This document shows positions 38,519 through 48,649 of a stretch of 64,000 nt of DNA, one piece after another (the first letter of the stretch is position 1; each line of letters begins with the position of its first letter). The position numbers and the translations under genes are program-made. Location: the NCBI GenBank assembly GCA_040005555.1, contig JBDTYT010000001.1, positions 148 to 64,147 of the forward strand, read 5' to 3'. The notes beneath the pieces are model-generated. The model did no database searches, had not been told where the DNA came from, and saw nothing but the letters and a program-made list of their open reading frames with translations. This DNA is from Actinomycetota bacterium (GTDB lineage Bacteria; Actinomycetota; UBA4738; HRBIN12).

Positions 38519-38956
38519 ATGACGACCTTCACGATCGACACGACCGAGCTCGCCTCCCGCTTGCGCCTGGGGGTCACCCGCCTGGCCCGCCGGCTCCGGC
38601 GCGAGGCCGAGCCCGGGATCACGCAATCGCAGCTCTCGGCCCTGGCCACGATCGACCGTCATGGCCCGATGACCATCGGCGAGCTCTCGGCGGTCGAGCA
38701 GGTCCAACCGCCCAGCATGACGAAGATCGTCGCCGCGCTCGTGGACGCCGATCTCATCGACCGTGAGATCGACCCCGATGACCGGCGGATATCGTGGCTG
38801 CGTGCCAAGCCGGACGGCGTGAAGCTCCTGCAGCGCAGTCGAAAGCGGAAGGAAGCGTTCCTCGCGAAGCGGATGCGCTCGCTCGAGCCTCGTCAATTGG
38901 CCGTGCTCGAGGAAGCCACCGAGATCCTCGAGCAGATCGTGGAGGGCGACCGGTGA
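38519..38956 (+). CDS. MarR family transcriptional regulator
   Basis: Winged HTH (ITQSQLSALATIDRHGPMTIGELSAVEQVQPPSMTKIVAALVDADLI...DRRISWL). AT-rich promoter-like stretch (ttagctttcctaagtatcat) just upstream. Confidence 0.85.
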   Translation: MTTFTIDTTELASRLRLGVTRLARRLRREAEPGITQSQLSALATIDRHGPMTIGELSAVEQVQPPSMTKIVAALVDADLIDREIDPDDRRISWLRAKPDGVKLLQRSRKRKEAFLAKRMRSLEPRQLAVLEEATEILEQIVEGDR

Positions 38957-40263
38957 CCAAGGTCGGGCTCGCGGTCCATCGCACGTTCCACTCCTTGCAC
39001 ACCAGGAACTTCCGCCTGTTCTTCCTCGGCCAGGCGGTATCGGTCACGGGGACGTGGATGCAAGCCGTGGCGGCGGCGTGGCTGGTGCTGCAGCTCACGG
39101 GCAGCGGGGTGGCGCTCGGGATCGAGACGGCGCTGACGTTCGCGCCGATCCTGTTCATCGGCGGCTGGGCCGGCGGGATGGCCGACCGGCACGACAAGCG
39201 CAGGATCTTGATCGCGACGCAGATCGCATTCGCCGTGCTCGCGCTCGCGCTCTGGGGAACGGTCGCGACCGGCGTGGTCGAGCTGTGGATGGTGTACGCG
39301 TTGTCGTTCCTCCAGGGCGTCGTGACCGCCGTGGACACCCCGACCCGCCAGAGCTTCTACGTCGAGATGGTCGGTCCGAAGGACCTGACGAACGCCGTGA
39401 GCCTGAACAGCGCCGTGATGACCGGGACGCGGATCATCGGCCCGGCGCTCGCGGGGGTGCTCATCGCTGGGGTGGGCCTCGCGTGGTGCTTCTTCCTGAA
39501 CGGCGTCTCGTACATCGCGGTGATCGGCGGGCTGTACGCGATGCGCGTGCGCGACCTGCACCGGCGCGAGGCGCCGAGCGACGGTGGCCGGTTCCGCGAG
39601 GGACTGCGGTACGTGTGGTCCACTCCCGAGCTGCGCTCGCCGCTTCTGCTCATGGCAGTGTTGTTCACGTTCTCGTTCAACTTCTCAGTCCTGCTGCCGC
39701 TCCTCGCGGAGGGGACGTTCCACGGCGACGCCGGCACGTATGGCTTGCTGCTCTCGCTGATGGGCGCCGGTTCGCTCGTCGGGGCGCTCGCGATGGCACG
39801 GCGCAACACCCCCAGCCCGAAGCGCTTGGCCCTGTGGGCGATCGGCTTCGGTCTCGTGTCGGCGCTCAGCGCCATGGCGCCCACCCTGGACGCGGAGATG
39901 GTGGTACTCGTACCGCTCGGCCTGGTCGCGATCGCCTTCATGATCACGGCGAACTCGACGTTGCAGCTCACCTCCCGTCCTGAGATGCGCGGCCGCGTGA
40001 TGGCGTTGTACTCGGTGGTGTTCCTGGGTGGAACGCCGATCGGGGCGCCCATCGCGGGATTCATCGGGGAGCACCTTGGACCGAGGGTGGGGATCGCGCT
40101 CGGCGCGCTGACGGCGGTCGCCGCGGGCTCGATCGGGCTCCGGGCGCTCGGCCGGCTCGGGACACCGAGCGCGCTCGGTGCCGGTCCGGACGTGGTCGAG
40201 AGCCCGAAGGTCAACGCAGTGATCGAGCCCGACCTGGCGGTCGACGAAGCGCTCACCGCCTAG
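38953..40263 (+). CDS. MFS transporter (EntS/enterobactin-exporter-like)
   Basis: 12-TM MFS with GGWAGGMADRHDKRR loop motif. GTG start overlaps the marR stop, so likely a MarR-controlled efflux pair. Confidence 0.8.
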   Translation: MTKVGLAVHRTFHSLHTRNFRLFFLGQAVSVTGTWMQAVAAAWLVLQLTGSGVALGIETALTFAPILFIGGWAGGMADRHDKRRILIATQIAFAVLALALWGTVATGVVELWMVYALSFLQGVVTAVDTPTRQSFYVEMVGPKDLTNAVSLNSAVMTGTRIIGPALAGVLIAGVGLAWCFFLNGVSYIAVIGGLYAMRVRDLHRREAPSDGGRFREGLRYVWSTPELRSPLLLMAVLFTFSFNFSVLLPLLAEGTFHGDAGTYGLLLSLMGAGSLVGALAMARRNTPSPKRLALWAIGFGLVSALSAMAPTLDAEMVVLVPLGLVAIAFMITANSTLQLTSRPEMRGRVMALYSVVFLGGTPIGAPIAGFIGEHLGPRVGIALGALTAVAAGSIGLRALGRLGTPSALGAGPDVVESPKVNAVIEPDLAVDEALTA

Positions 40264-40507
40264 GGTGTATCTCCCCCGCGGGGATGTCGAGAACGGCGTG
40301 GCCGCTCCGACATGTCGGTGAGAGCAGCCCACCCGGGATGCCGGAGGGAGGGAGCAAGATGAGCCACCGAGGACCGTGTGCTCGACATCGCGTCCCAGAT
40401 CGTCGCGTTCATCGAAGGGCCGGTCGAGGTGCGCCAGATCATGGACGCTCCGCCCGAGTACTGATTCCTAGGCCGGGTTCGCAACACCCGAGATGAGGAG
40501 GACCGTC

Positions 40508-41011
40508 ATGCAGAGGATCACCCCATTCCTGTGGTTCGACGACCAGGCCGAAGAGGCCGCGGAGTTGTACGTCTCCGTGTTCACCGCGCGACGCACATCG
40601 GGGCCAAGCGCGGGCGAGTCGAAGATCTTGGACGTCTCCCGCTACGGCGAGGCGGGGCCGGGCACCCCGGGAACCGCGATGACCGTGGCGTTCGTGCTCG
40701 AGGGGTTGGAGTTCACGGCGCTGAACGGTGGTCCGAGCCACGAGTTCACGGAGGCCATCTCGTTCGTCGTGAACTGTGAGGGGCAGGAAGAGGTCGACGA
40801 CCTATGGGCAGCGCTGTCGGAGGGCGGCGAGGAGGGGCCGTGCGGTTGGCTCAAGGACCGCTACGGGCTGTCCTGGCAGATCGTCCCGACGGTCCTGCCG
40901 AAACTGCTGACCGACCCCGATCCCCAGAAAGCCGGCCGGGTCATGAAGGCGATGCTCGAGATGAAGAAGATCGATATCGCCGAGCTGCAGCGGGCCGCGG
41001 ACGCCGCGTAG
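40508..41011 (+). CDS. VOC-superfamily protein (PhnB/3-demethylubiquinone-9 3-methyltransferase-like domain)
   Basis: MQRITPFLWFDDQAEEAAELYVSVF...GLSWQIVP, a glyoxalase-fold PhnB-like signature. Strong RBS (gaggagga). Confidence 0.75.
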   Translation: MQRITPFLWFDDQAEEAAELYVSVFTARRTSGPSAGESKILDVSRYGEAGPGTPGTAMTVAFVLEGLEFTALNGGPSHEFTEAISFVVNCEGQEEVDDLWAALSEGGEEGPCGWLKDRYGLSWQIVPTVLPKLLTDPDPQKAGRVMKAMLEMKKIDIAELQRAADAA

Positions 41012-41016
41012 GCGGG

Positions 41017-41145
41017 TCACACGCGGTGTCGTCGGTCGCGGGGGACGAGGTCGCCGCGCGCGAGTCGTATCGGCGTGCGGCGAAGATGACCGCGAGCCTT
41101 CCTGAGCAGCGGTACCTGTCGCTCCGCGCGGCCCGGCTGCGTTAG
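41017..41145 (+). pseudogene. 3' remnant (~43 codons) of a DUF6596-type ECF-like sigma factor gene
   Basis: Frame ends ...AARESYRRAAKMTASLPEQRYLSLRAARLR*, resembling the tail of sigma-factor-like proteins usually found just after PhnB/YciI genes. No N-terminal part is present. Confidence 0.35.
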
Positions 41146-42605
41146 GGCTCGGTCGATCCTTCCCGCTCCAACCGCCACGTGGTCCCGTCGACGGGCTTCG
41201 AGACATCGATGACGGTGCCGTCTCGAAGCACCAGCCGGAAGCACGTGAGCCGAACGCCGTCGCGTTCCTCCAGCCAGGATCGTTCGACATCCACGGTCTC
41301 CTCCACGCCCCCCCACTCGACCGATCGCGGCCACTCCTCGGCCTTCGCGCCTTCGGAGAAGCGGATGACGATCTCAGGGGTACGCCCGATCCACCGGGGA
41401 AGGACCGGGCTCCACAGCAGGAACGCGATGCCGATGACTGCCACCGACCACCCCTCGCCGAAGGCCGGGAGCATGGGGATGGCGATGAGGGCGGCGACCA
41501 CACGGGACAGGTTGTACGCGACGTCGTAGACGGCGAAGACCCGTCCGCGGTACCCGTCCGGGACGGCCTCCTGCACCAGCGTGTCGACGGGGATCTTCTT
41601 CCACGCGAAGGTGAGCCCGATCGCGAAGCTCGCGACGAGTACCGACACCCCCGTGATGTACAGCGACACCGCGATCAGGACGAGACCACCCGCGAAGAAG
41701 GCGCCTGCGACGATCTGCTCCTTGGAGAACCGCTCCTCGAGCGTGCCGACGGTGAGGATGCCGAGCAGGACCCCGAGACCGCCCGCGCCGATCAGGTTCG
41801 AGAACGAGCCGACGCCCTGCTGGAAGCGCTCTCGGAACACCACGAGCGAGAGCACGAGGACGATGCCCTGCCCCATCTGGTCGAGGGTGATCGAGACGAT
41901 GGGCCCGATGGCCCTCGGCGTGTGGATCAGGTGCCCGATCCCGTCGGAGAACTCGCGCAGTACCCTGCGCGCCTCGTCGCGTACCGGCACTTCCGGAAGC
42001 TGGTGCGGTACGAGGGGAGATGTGATCCTGGTTGCGACGACGGACGCGAGCGTCCACATGACGCCGGCGGCGACGATCACCGGAACCGAGCCGGCCGCGT
42101 CCACCACTTTCCCCCCGACGAACACGCCCGCAAGCAAGGCCACCGTGCCCCCGACGGTCGCCATCGAATTCGCCATGAGCAGGTCCTCGGTCGGGACGAG
42201 ACGCGGCACCACCGCGACGGCGGTGGCGAGGTAGAAGCGGTTCACCGAGAGCACTAGCAACGCTCCCGCGTAGAAGGCGACCGGCGCCCCGTGGGGGTCG
42301 AAGAGCACCAGCCACACGAGGCCCGCGCGGAGCCACGGCGCGATGACGAGGATCTTCCTGCGCGACCACCGGTCGATGAACACGCCCGTGAACGGCCCGA
42401 TGATCGAGAACGGCAACGAGATCACCAGCGTCGCGACGGCGAAACCGACGGTGGTGCTTTGCCGGTCCGGCGAGAACACCACCGATGCCACGAGCGAGGC
42501 CTGGAACAACCCGTCGGCCGATTGGCTCACCAGCCTGATGGCGAAGAGCCGTCGGAAATCGCTGCTTCGAAGTGCATCTCGGGCGCGCCGACTGGCCGGT
42601 CTCAC
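41142..42605 (-). CDS. MFS transporter with C-terminal cytoplasmic extension
   Basis: 12 TM (FRRLFAIRLVSQSADGLFQASLVASVVF...) plus a ~90-aa soluble C-terminal tail. Confidence 0.75.
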   Translation of the reverse strand: MRPASRRARDALRSSDFRRLFAIRLVSQSADGLFQASLVASVVFSPDRQSTTVGFAVATLVISLPFSIIGPFTGVFIDRWSRRKILVIAPWLRAGLVWLVLFDPHGAPVAFYAGALLVLSVNRFYLATAVAVVPRLVPTEDLLMANSMATVGGTVALLAGVFVGGKVVDAAGSVPVIVAAGVMWTLASVVATRITSPLVPHQLPEVPVRDEARRVLREFSDGIGHLIHTPRAIGPIVSITLDQMGQGIVLVLSLVVFRERFQQGVGSFSNLIGAGGLGVLLGILTVGTLEERFSKEQIVAGAFFAGGLVLIAVSLYITGVSVLVASFAIGLTFAWKKIPVDTLVQEAVPDGYRGRVFAVYDVAYNLSRVVAALIAIPMLPAFGEGWSVAVIGIAFLLWSPVLPRWIGRTPEIVIRFSEGAKAEEWPRSVEWGGVEETVDVERSWLEERDGVRLTCFRLVLRDGTVIDVSKPVDGTTWRLEREGSTEP

Positions 42606-42670
42606 GCGAGAACGTTATAGCGGGCGATGAAGGGCTGCGGTTGCGCGGCCCCTATCCGACCGGCTTCTCG

Positions 42671-43798
42671 TTAAGCATCTGCGGGTTGAGCATCGAAGAA
42701 CGCGGTCCAGTCGGCCGCCTTGCTCGCGCCGTTGCCGAGGATGAACTCCTCGACCATCTCTCGGGCGGCCTCGTCACTGAACTGCACCGGCGGGGACTTC
42801 ATGAAGTACGCGCTCGGGCCGATGAGCGGTCCGGCCACGCCGCGGTCTTTCGCGAGCTTCGCGGCGCGGAGCGCGTCGATCACGATCCCGGCCGAGTTCG
42901 GCGAGTCCCACACCTCGAGCTTGAGCTCGACCGTCAGCGGCACGTCGCCGAAGGCCTGGCCCTCGAGCCGGATCTGCGCCCACTTGCGGTCCTCGAGCCA
43001 CGGCACGTAGTCCGACGGCCCGATGTGGATGTCCTTGTTGTTGAGCGACTTCCGCAGCTGCGATTGCACGGACTGTGTCTTGGACTGCTTCTTCGAGACG
43101 AGACGCTCACGCTCAAGCATGTTCATGAAGTCCATGTTGCCGCCGAAGTTCAGCTGGTACGTGCGGTTGAGCTTCACGCCACGATCCTCGAACAGCTTCG
43201 CGAGCACCCTGTGAACGATGGTGGCTCCGACCTGGCTCTTGACGTCGTCGCCCACGATCGGCACGCCCGCCTCGACGAAGCGACGCGCCCACGCCGGGTC
43301 GGATGCGATGAAGACCGGCAAGCAGTTCACGAATGCAACGTCGGCGTCGATCGCGCACTGCGCGTAGAACTTCGCCGCCTGCTCGGAGCCGACGGGTAGA
43401 TAGCACACGAGCACGTCGGCCTCGGAGTCGCGGAGCACCTGGGTCACGTCGACCTCCGGCTGATCGGACTCCTCGACGGTCTCGCGGTAGTACTTGCCGA
43501 GCCCGTCGAGCGTGCGGCCGCGCTGCACGGTGATACCGGTCGGGGCAACATCCGCGAACCGGATCGTGTTGTTCGGCTCCGACAAGATGGCCTCGGCCAC
43601 GTCGGTGCCCACCTTCTTCGCGTCCACGTCCAGCGCCGCGACGAGCTCGATATCGCGGATGTGGTAGCCGCCGAACTCCACGTGCATCAGGCCCGGGACG
43701 GTGTCCTCGGGGGCGGCGTCCTTGTAGTACTCGAGCCCTTGGATGAGCGACGAGGCGCAGTTGCCCACGCCGACGATCGCGAGACGGACCTTACTCAT
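42671..43798 (-). CDS. ino1: myo-inositol-1-phosphate synthase (actinobacterial type)
   Basis: [25 protein letters not shown]... full length close to Mtb Ino1 (Rv0046c), NAD-binding Rossmann. PadR gene sits immediately upstream, as Rv0047c does. Confidence 0.9.
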   Translation of the reverse strand: MSKVRLAIVGVGNCASSLIQGLEYYKDAAPEDTVPGLMHVEFGGYHIRDIELVAALDVDAKKVGTDVAEAILSEPNNTIRFADVAPTGITVQRGRTLDGLGKYYRETVEESDQPEVDVTQVLRDSEADVLVCYLPVGSEQAAKFYAQCAIDADVAFVNCLPVFIASDPAWARRFVEAGVPIVGDDVKSQVGATIVHRVLAKLFEDRGVKLNRTYQLNFGGNMDFMNMLERERLVSKKQSKTQSVQSQLRKSLNNKDIHIGPSDYVPWLEDRKWAQIRLEGQAFGDVPLTVELKLEVWDSPNSAGIVIDALRAAKLAKDRGVAGPLIGPSAYFMKSPPVQFSDEAAREMVEEFILGNGASKAADWTAFFDAQPADA

Positions 43799-44382
43799 GA
43801 GGCGCGCTCCTTTCTGCGAAGCGCACGTGTCTCCCGGCGCTTCGTTCCCCCTCTGGTCGGTGCGGGCTGGCGACGCTCCGCCGCGATGAGGCCGTTCAGC
43901 CAGTCGATGTCCTGCTCGGTCGTGTCGCGGCCGTGCTGCATGAGAGAAAGCGTGTACGTGTCGAAGCCGCCGCCGGTCGCGGCGAGGGAGGTCTGGATCG
44001 TGGACAGGCGCTCTTCCAGGAACGCCCTGCGGCGCTCGAGCAAGCGGATCCGCGTGTCGGGGGCGAGGTACTTGAAGAAGGCGAGTCGCACGCGGAAGCG
44101 GTTGTCCTCGGTGGAGGTGTCGTGGCCGGCGTCCTCGAGGAGCTGCAGGAACACCTGCTCGCCCTTCTCGGTGATGCGGTACACGTTCTTGCGGCGGCCG
44201 ACCTCTTGCTCGTCGAAGACCTGCTCGACGGCGCCGTCCTTCTCGAGGCGTCGAAGCGACGGGTAGAGCGAGCCGTAGGAGACGCGCCAGAACCCGCCCA
44301 GCGTGTCGGTGAGCCGTTTCGAGAGCTGATATCCGTGCATCGACCGCTCTTTCAGCAGGCCGAGGATCGCGAGCTCGAGCAT
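43795..44382 (-). CDS. PadR family transcriptional regulator
   Basis: PadR wHTH ([23 protein letters not shown]...[17 protein letters not shown]). Confidence 0.85.
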   Translation of the reverse strand: MLELAILGLLKERSMHGYQLSKRLTDTLGGFWRVSYGSLYPSLRRLEKDGAVEQVFDEQEVGRRKNVYRITEKGEQVFLQLLEDAGHDTSTEDNRFRVRLAFFKYLAPDTRIRLLERRRAFLEERLSTIQTSLAATGGGFDTYTLSLMQHGRDTTEQDIDWLNGLIAAERRQPAPTRGGTKRRETRALRRKERAS

Positions 44383-44448
44383 CCGATGGTGCCTTTCTAT
44401 AGCGTTCCGATATAGCGGTCGTATGTATCGACCCGATATATCTAACCG
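44383..44448 (-). promoter_or_regulatory. putative PadR operator/promoter with short repeats
   Basis: AT-enriched segment just upstream of padR: ctaTAGCGttCCGATATAGCGgtcgtatgtatcgaCCCGATATATCta (TATAGCG x2, CCGATATA x2). Confidence 0.35.
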
Positions 44449-45672
44449 CTACCTGGTGGCGGCGTCAACCCGGGCTCGAGCCACCGGCGCGGGCACGGGA
44501 TGGCGTCCGGACGCCAGCGCCAGGCACGCGGCGGCCGCTCCGAGCACCCCGCATCCTACCCATAGCACGTCCGGGTTTCTCGCGTACACGCTGGTGCCGA
44601 GCACCGGTCCCACCATCCAGGCGATCCCGTACATCGACCCGAAAGCAGACTGGTAGCGGCCGCGAGCGTGCTCCGGGGCCCGGTCCGCGGCGATGGCCGA
44701 GGTCATCGGGGACTCGATCATCTCGCCCGCGGTCCAGATGAGGATCATCGCCACGAGCCCGGGGAGCGCGTGCGCGAACAGCAGTGAGAAGAACCCGAGT
44801 CCGATGAGCAGCTCGCCGAGGGCGACCATCGTCGTGCGCGTGTGCCGCTGCGTCCAGGCGATGACCGGCAGCTCGATGAGCACCACGATCATGCCGTTGA
44901 GCGCCTGGAGGAATCCGTAGGTCGACGGCCCGAATCCCACGTCGCGCACATGGAGCGGGAGCGTCGACACGTTCTGCGAGTAGACGATGCCCGAGACGAG
45001 CACGGCGCCGAGGAACAGCAGAAACCCCCTGTCCTCGAGGATCGCGTGCCGGGCCTTCTGGAGGTGCTGCTCCTCGCGAGCCTTCGTGCGGACGCCGTGG
45101 GGCAACGCGACGAGCGAGATCACGCCGAACGTGGCCGACGTCGCTGCGTCGCCCCAGAAGAGCCAGCTGAAGTTGTGCTCCGCGAGCAGACCGCCGAGGG
45201 CCAGCCCGCACGCCCAGCCGATGTTCACCGCCAGTCGGTAGAGGGTGAACGCGGTCACGCGCTGTTCGCTCGGCAGCAGGTCCGCGATGAGCGCGCCGGA
45301 GGCCGGCCGGTAGAGCTCACCGAACAGCGCGATGGCGAACATCAGCGGATAGATGGCGGCGAGGCTCGAGGCGCGCCAGAGCGTGAGCGTGAAGGCCGCC
45401 CCGGCGAGCATCGAGAGCGCGATGGTGTTCCGGCGTCCCAGGCGGTCCGCGAGGAGTCCTCCCGCGCCCTGCGCGATGAGGCCGCCCAGCCCGTAACAGG
45501 CGATCGCGAGGCCCGCCTGCGGCGGTGAGTATCCGCGTCGCGTCAGGTACAGCGTGATGAAGGGCAACACGAAGGTACCGAGTCGGTTCACGAACGAGCC
45601 GACGAACAAGATCCACGCTTCGCGCGGCATCGCGCGGAGGTTCTGGCGCAGGCTGGTGCGGGGCTCGCTCAC
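44449..45672 (-). CDS. MFS transporter
   Basis: 12 TM; [12 protein letters not shown] motif between TM2 and TM3. Confidence 0.8.
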   Translation of the reverse strand: MSEPRTSLRQNLRAMPREAWILFVGSFVNRLGTFVLPFITLYLTRRGYSPPQAGLAIACYGLGGLIAQGAGGLLADRLGRRNTIALSMLAGAAFTLTLWRASSLAAIYPLMFAIALFGELYRPASGALIADLLPSEQRVTAFTLYRLAVNIGWACGLALGGLLAEHNFSWLFWGDAATSATFGVISLVALPHGVRTKAREEQHLQKARHAILEDRGFLLFLGAVLVSGIVYSQNVSTLPLHVRDVGFGPSTYGFLQALNGMIVVLIELPVIAWTQRHTRTTMVALGELLIGLGFFSLLFAHALPGLVAMILIWTAGEMIESPMTSAIAADRAPEHARGRYQSAFGSMYGIAWMVGPVLGTSVYARNPDVLWVGCGVLGAAAACLALASGRHPVPAPVARARVDAATR

Positions 45673-45685
45673 GGGAGCGGCCAGC

Positions 45686-46981
45686 TTACGACGGCAGGCG
45701 CACCAACCTCGGCTCGCCGGCGCGGGACGGACACCACGTCGCGAGCGCCTCGCTGGACGAGGTCACGGTGGCGGCGGCCACGGTCAACGTCACCTCGATC
45801 GGTCCGTCGAGGCTGCGCCCGCACCAATCCGCGAGGGCCCACGCCGCGGTGACCGGGTGGCGTGCCGGCAGGTACCCGGGAAGGTAACCCTCGGTGAGGA
45901 CGAGATGGCGCCCCCCGACGTCGATCGGTCGGCCGTGGACGTCGGCGAACACGAGGTGCACCACCTCGTGGACCCGGCAGGCTTCGACGCCGCGTTTCGT
46001 GATGGGCATCGAGATCCCGACCTCGAGGGACCCGAGAGGCTGGCCGGCTGCGATGGGGCCGAACCGCAGCTGGTCCGGTCGACAGATCGGCAAGGTGCTC
46101 GGGTCTCGGGAGAGCCACGGCGCCGGCGGGCGCGGGATGTCGGAGCGAGGCGTGAACCGCACCGCGATCGCGGTGAGATCGGTGATCGGTCGGGCGCTCT
46201 CGGATCGTGGATCGGTGAAGAGCGAGATCGGAGCGGCGTTCTCGCCCCGTTCGCGGGGCACGATGAACACGTAGCCGGGCGCAACCTGAGGTGGACGCGT
46301 GACCTTCGTGCACGTTCCGAGGTTCGGGGCGACCTGGAAGCGCACGTAGGAGAACCGGACGGTCGGCGTGCTGAGCTGAAGCGTGGGCCCACACGCGGCG
46401 AACGCCGTCGAGCCCGCGATGACCCGTGTGCCGTCCGGGAGGTCGGGCGTGAACGCGTTCAGTCGCGCACCGGCCTTCACGACGGGGTCCGTGACGCGCA
46501 GCCGCGGGCCCTGCTCGAGCAGGATGCGTCCGCTCGTCACGTCCGTGACGCTCCAGATCCCGTTCGGCCCGGCGCGCGCGAGCCGCTTCAAGATCACCTC
46601 TTGGTCGAACGCGGCACCGCTCGGCGGGCACCCGTTCGCATCGCAGAGCCAGACGCGGGCGATCTCGATGCCGGAGTCGAGCCGCCAGCGCTGGTCGCGG
46701 ACGACGCGCGAGCCGTCCCAGCCGAGCACTTGGCTCGCGAACCGTTGCGCCGTGGCTTGAGCATCGATCCGCCAGTCGAGCGCGGCAGAGCCCTCGTCGA
46801 CAGAGGTTTGCGCCTGCATCGCGGCCGAGAGCGTCTGCTCAGGCCACAGGGCGGCAAACCGGAGGGCGGTCACGACCGATGGAGTGGGCGCCGACCGGCC
46901 CGGGGGCCCCGTGCACGCGGGAAGGAGCCCGATCGTCATCGCCACTGCGATGAACGTCCGACGAGCCCTCATCGACGACAC
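45686..46981 (-). CDS. hypothetical lipoprotein
   Basis: Lipobox LLPACTG; 400-aa Cys-containing extracytoplasmic protein; no recognisable motifs. Confidence 0.5.
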   Translation of the reverse strand: MSSMRARRTFIAVAMTIGLLPACTGPPGRSAPTPSVVTALRFAALWPEQTLSAAMQAQTSVDEGSAALDWRIDAQATAQRFASQVLGWDGSRVVRDQRWRLDSGIEIARVWLCDANGCPPSGAAFDQEVILKRLARAGPNGIWSVTDVTSGRILLEQGPRLRVTDPVVKAGARLNAFTPDLPDGTRVIAGSTAFAACGPTLQLSTPTVRFSYVRFQVAPNLGTCTKVTRPPQVAPGYVFIVPRERGENAAPISLFTDPRSESARPITDLTAIAVRFTPRSDIPRPPAPWLSRDPSTLPICRPDQLRFGPIAAGQPLGSLEVGISMPITKRGVEACRVHEVVHLVFADVHGRPIDVGGRHLVLTEGYLPGYLPARHPVTAAWALADWCGRSLDGPIEVTLTVAAATVTSSSEALATWCPSRAGEPRLVRLPS

Positions 46982-47036
46982 CTCCGCGTGTTGCTCCGAA
47001 GGACACTACCCCCAGATCCATCAGTGGCGCGACGGA

Positions 47037-47687
47037 CTATCGCCGGTAGTCGGTGGCGTACGGTGGCGGCTCGAGGCCGGGTGAGAGCTGGGGGTCGGGA
47101 TCGGGTGCGCCCGGCTCGAGGTGCATCGGGACGACGCCCGCCCATACCGCGAGCTCGTAATCCTCGGGCTCGTCCTTCGGCGGACCGGTCCGTACCTTCG
47201 CGGAAGCTTCGTTCAGACCGATCGCCAAGATCGTGGTCTGGTTCAGCTCGCGCTCGTTCGGCATGCGAGCGTCGTTCGAGCGGCCATGGACGACGTGGTC
47301 GACCAGCGCCCTCTGCGCGGCGAACTTCTCCTCGGCATCGGTCACCGGCCGTGCCTTCCCGTACACCACCACCGAGCGGTAGTTCATCGAATGATGGAAC
47401 GCGCTCCGGGCGAGCACTAGGCCGTCGATCAGCGTGACCTCGACGCAGATCTCCGCGTCGGTGCGGGCCGCACGGAGCGTGCGGCTGGCGTTCGAGCCGT
47501 GGATGTACAAGGTGTCACCGATGCGAGCGTGGATCGTGGGGATCACGCGCGGGTGACCGTCCACGATGTGGCCGACGTGGCAGATGAGCGCTTCGTCCAA
47601 GATCGCGTCGATCACCTCGCGCTCGTAGATCCCGCGCTCCGGGAGCCGGTGGACCTGCGTGCGTTCGCTCGGCGCATCGGTCGGCAC
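47037..47687 (-). CDS. pyridoxamine 5'-phosphate oxidase-family FMN-binding protein (NimA-like)
   Basis: Split-barrel signature (GIYEREVIDAILDEALICHVGHIVDGHPRVIPTIHARIGDTLYIHG). Confidence 0.7.
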   Translation of the reverse strand: MPTDAPSERTQVHRLPERGIYEREVIDAILDEALICHVGHIVDGHPRVIPTIHARIGDTLYIHGSNASRTLRAARTDAEICVEVTLIDGLVLARSAFHHSMNYRSVVVYGKARPVTDAEEKFAAQRALVDHVVHGRSNDARMPNERELNQTTILAIGLNEASAKVRTGPPKDEPEDYELAVWAGVVPMHLEPGAPDPDPQLSPGLEPPPYATDYRR

Positions 47688-47725
47688 GAGATGATGGTAA
47701 CGGGAACCTCCGGCGTGGCGAGGAA

Positions 47726-48607
47726 CTACCGGAAAGGGCCGGGCTGGCCGCCGCCCGGTTGGTTGCGCAGGAAGCGCTCGATCTCGGACGCCAGGTCCTC
47801 GCCCGAGGGGAGCTGCTCGTCGGTCTGTGCGTCTTCCAGCCGAGCGACGTAGGTCCGCGAATCCTCATCGGCCTCGACCGCCGCATCCAGGCGTTGACGC
47901 TGCGCCATCGCATCATCCGGCAGTGTCCCGAGCGGGATCTCGACGCCGAGATGGCGCCCGACGTGCTCGAGCAGCGAGATCGTCGCAGCGGCGAACGGCC
48001 CGCCGACGTAGTGGGGCACCTGCGCGAAGAATCCGACCGCCGGAAGGCCGGTCGCGGCGACCGCGAGCTCGAGCGTGCTGAGCGCCGCAGCCGGCACCCG
48101 CAGCAGCCCGTCGGGGCCCTGCGTCTCCTCGTGATGGAGCAACCCTGACCTGGACGCCGTCGCGAGGATCGGGACGGGCCGAGTGTGGGGAACCGCGGCG
48201 GGGATCGAGCCGATGCTCACCCACTCGACCACACCCAGCCGCTGGGCGATCTCGACGAGGTCCTGGCCGAGCTCGCGCCACCGGAAGTCGGGCTCGGGGC
48301 CGGAGAACACCAGGACGTCTCGGTTCCCGAAACGGTTCTTCGCCACGCTGAGCTCGGGCCAGGTGAGCTCGGTGAGCGTGCCGTCGACGATGTCGAGCAC
48401 GGGCCGCCGAGACCGATAGTCGTACAGAGCGTCCTGATCGAACGTGGCGAAGATGTCCCCGCCGGAGGCCATGTGCGCGGCCGCGGCCGTCGATGCCCCG
48501 GCTCCGTCGATCCATCCGTCGAACGCCGCGACGATCACCGGCGCGAGGAGCGGCTCCGACGGCTCGGACAGCACGAACAGGGGCATCGCCCCAGGATAGT
48601 TGTCCAT
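47726..48607 (-). CDS. PAC2 (proteasome assembly chaperone 2)-family protein
   Basis: VIVAAFDGWIDGAGASTAAAAHM..., a PAC2/Rv2125-like ATP-grasp-like signature. The ORF-track N-terminal extension is rejected. Confidence 0.65.
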   Translation of the reverse strand: MDNYPGAMPLFVLSEPSEPLLAPVIVAAFDGWIDGAGASTAAAAHMASGGDIFATFDQDALYDYRSRRPVLDIVDGTLTELTWPELSVAKNRFGNRDVLVFSGPEPDFRWRELGQDLVEIAQRLGVVEWVSIGSIPAAVPHTRPVPILATASRSGLLHHEETQGPDGLLRVPAAALSTLELAVAATGLPAVGFFAQVPHYVGGPFAAATISLLEHVGRHLGVEIPLGTLPDDAMAQRQRLDAAVEADEDSRTYVARLEDAQTDEQLPSGEDLASEIERFLRNQPGGGQPGPFR

Positions 48608-48649
48608 CAGTAGAACCGGGCGGATGGAGCGGCCCTGTAAGGTCCGACG

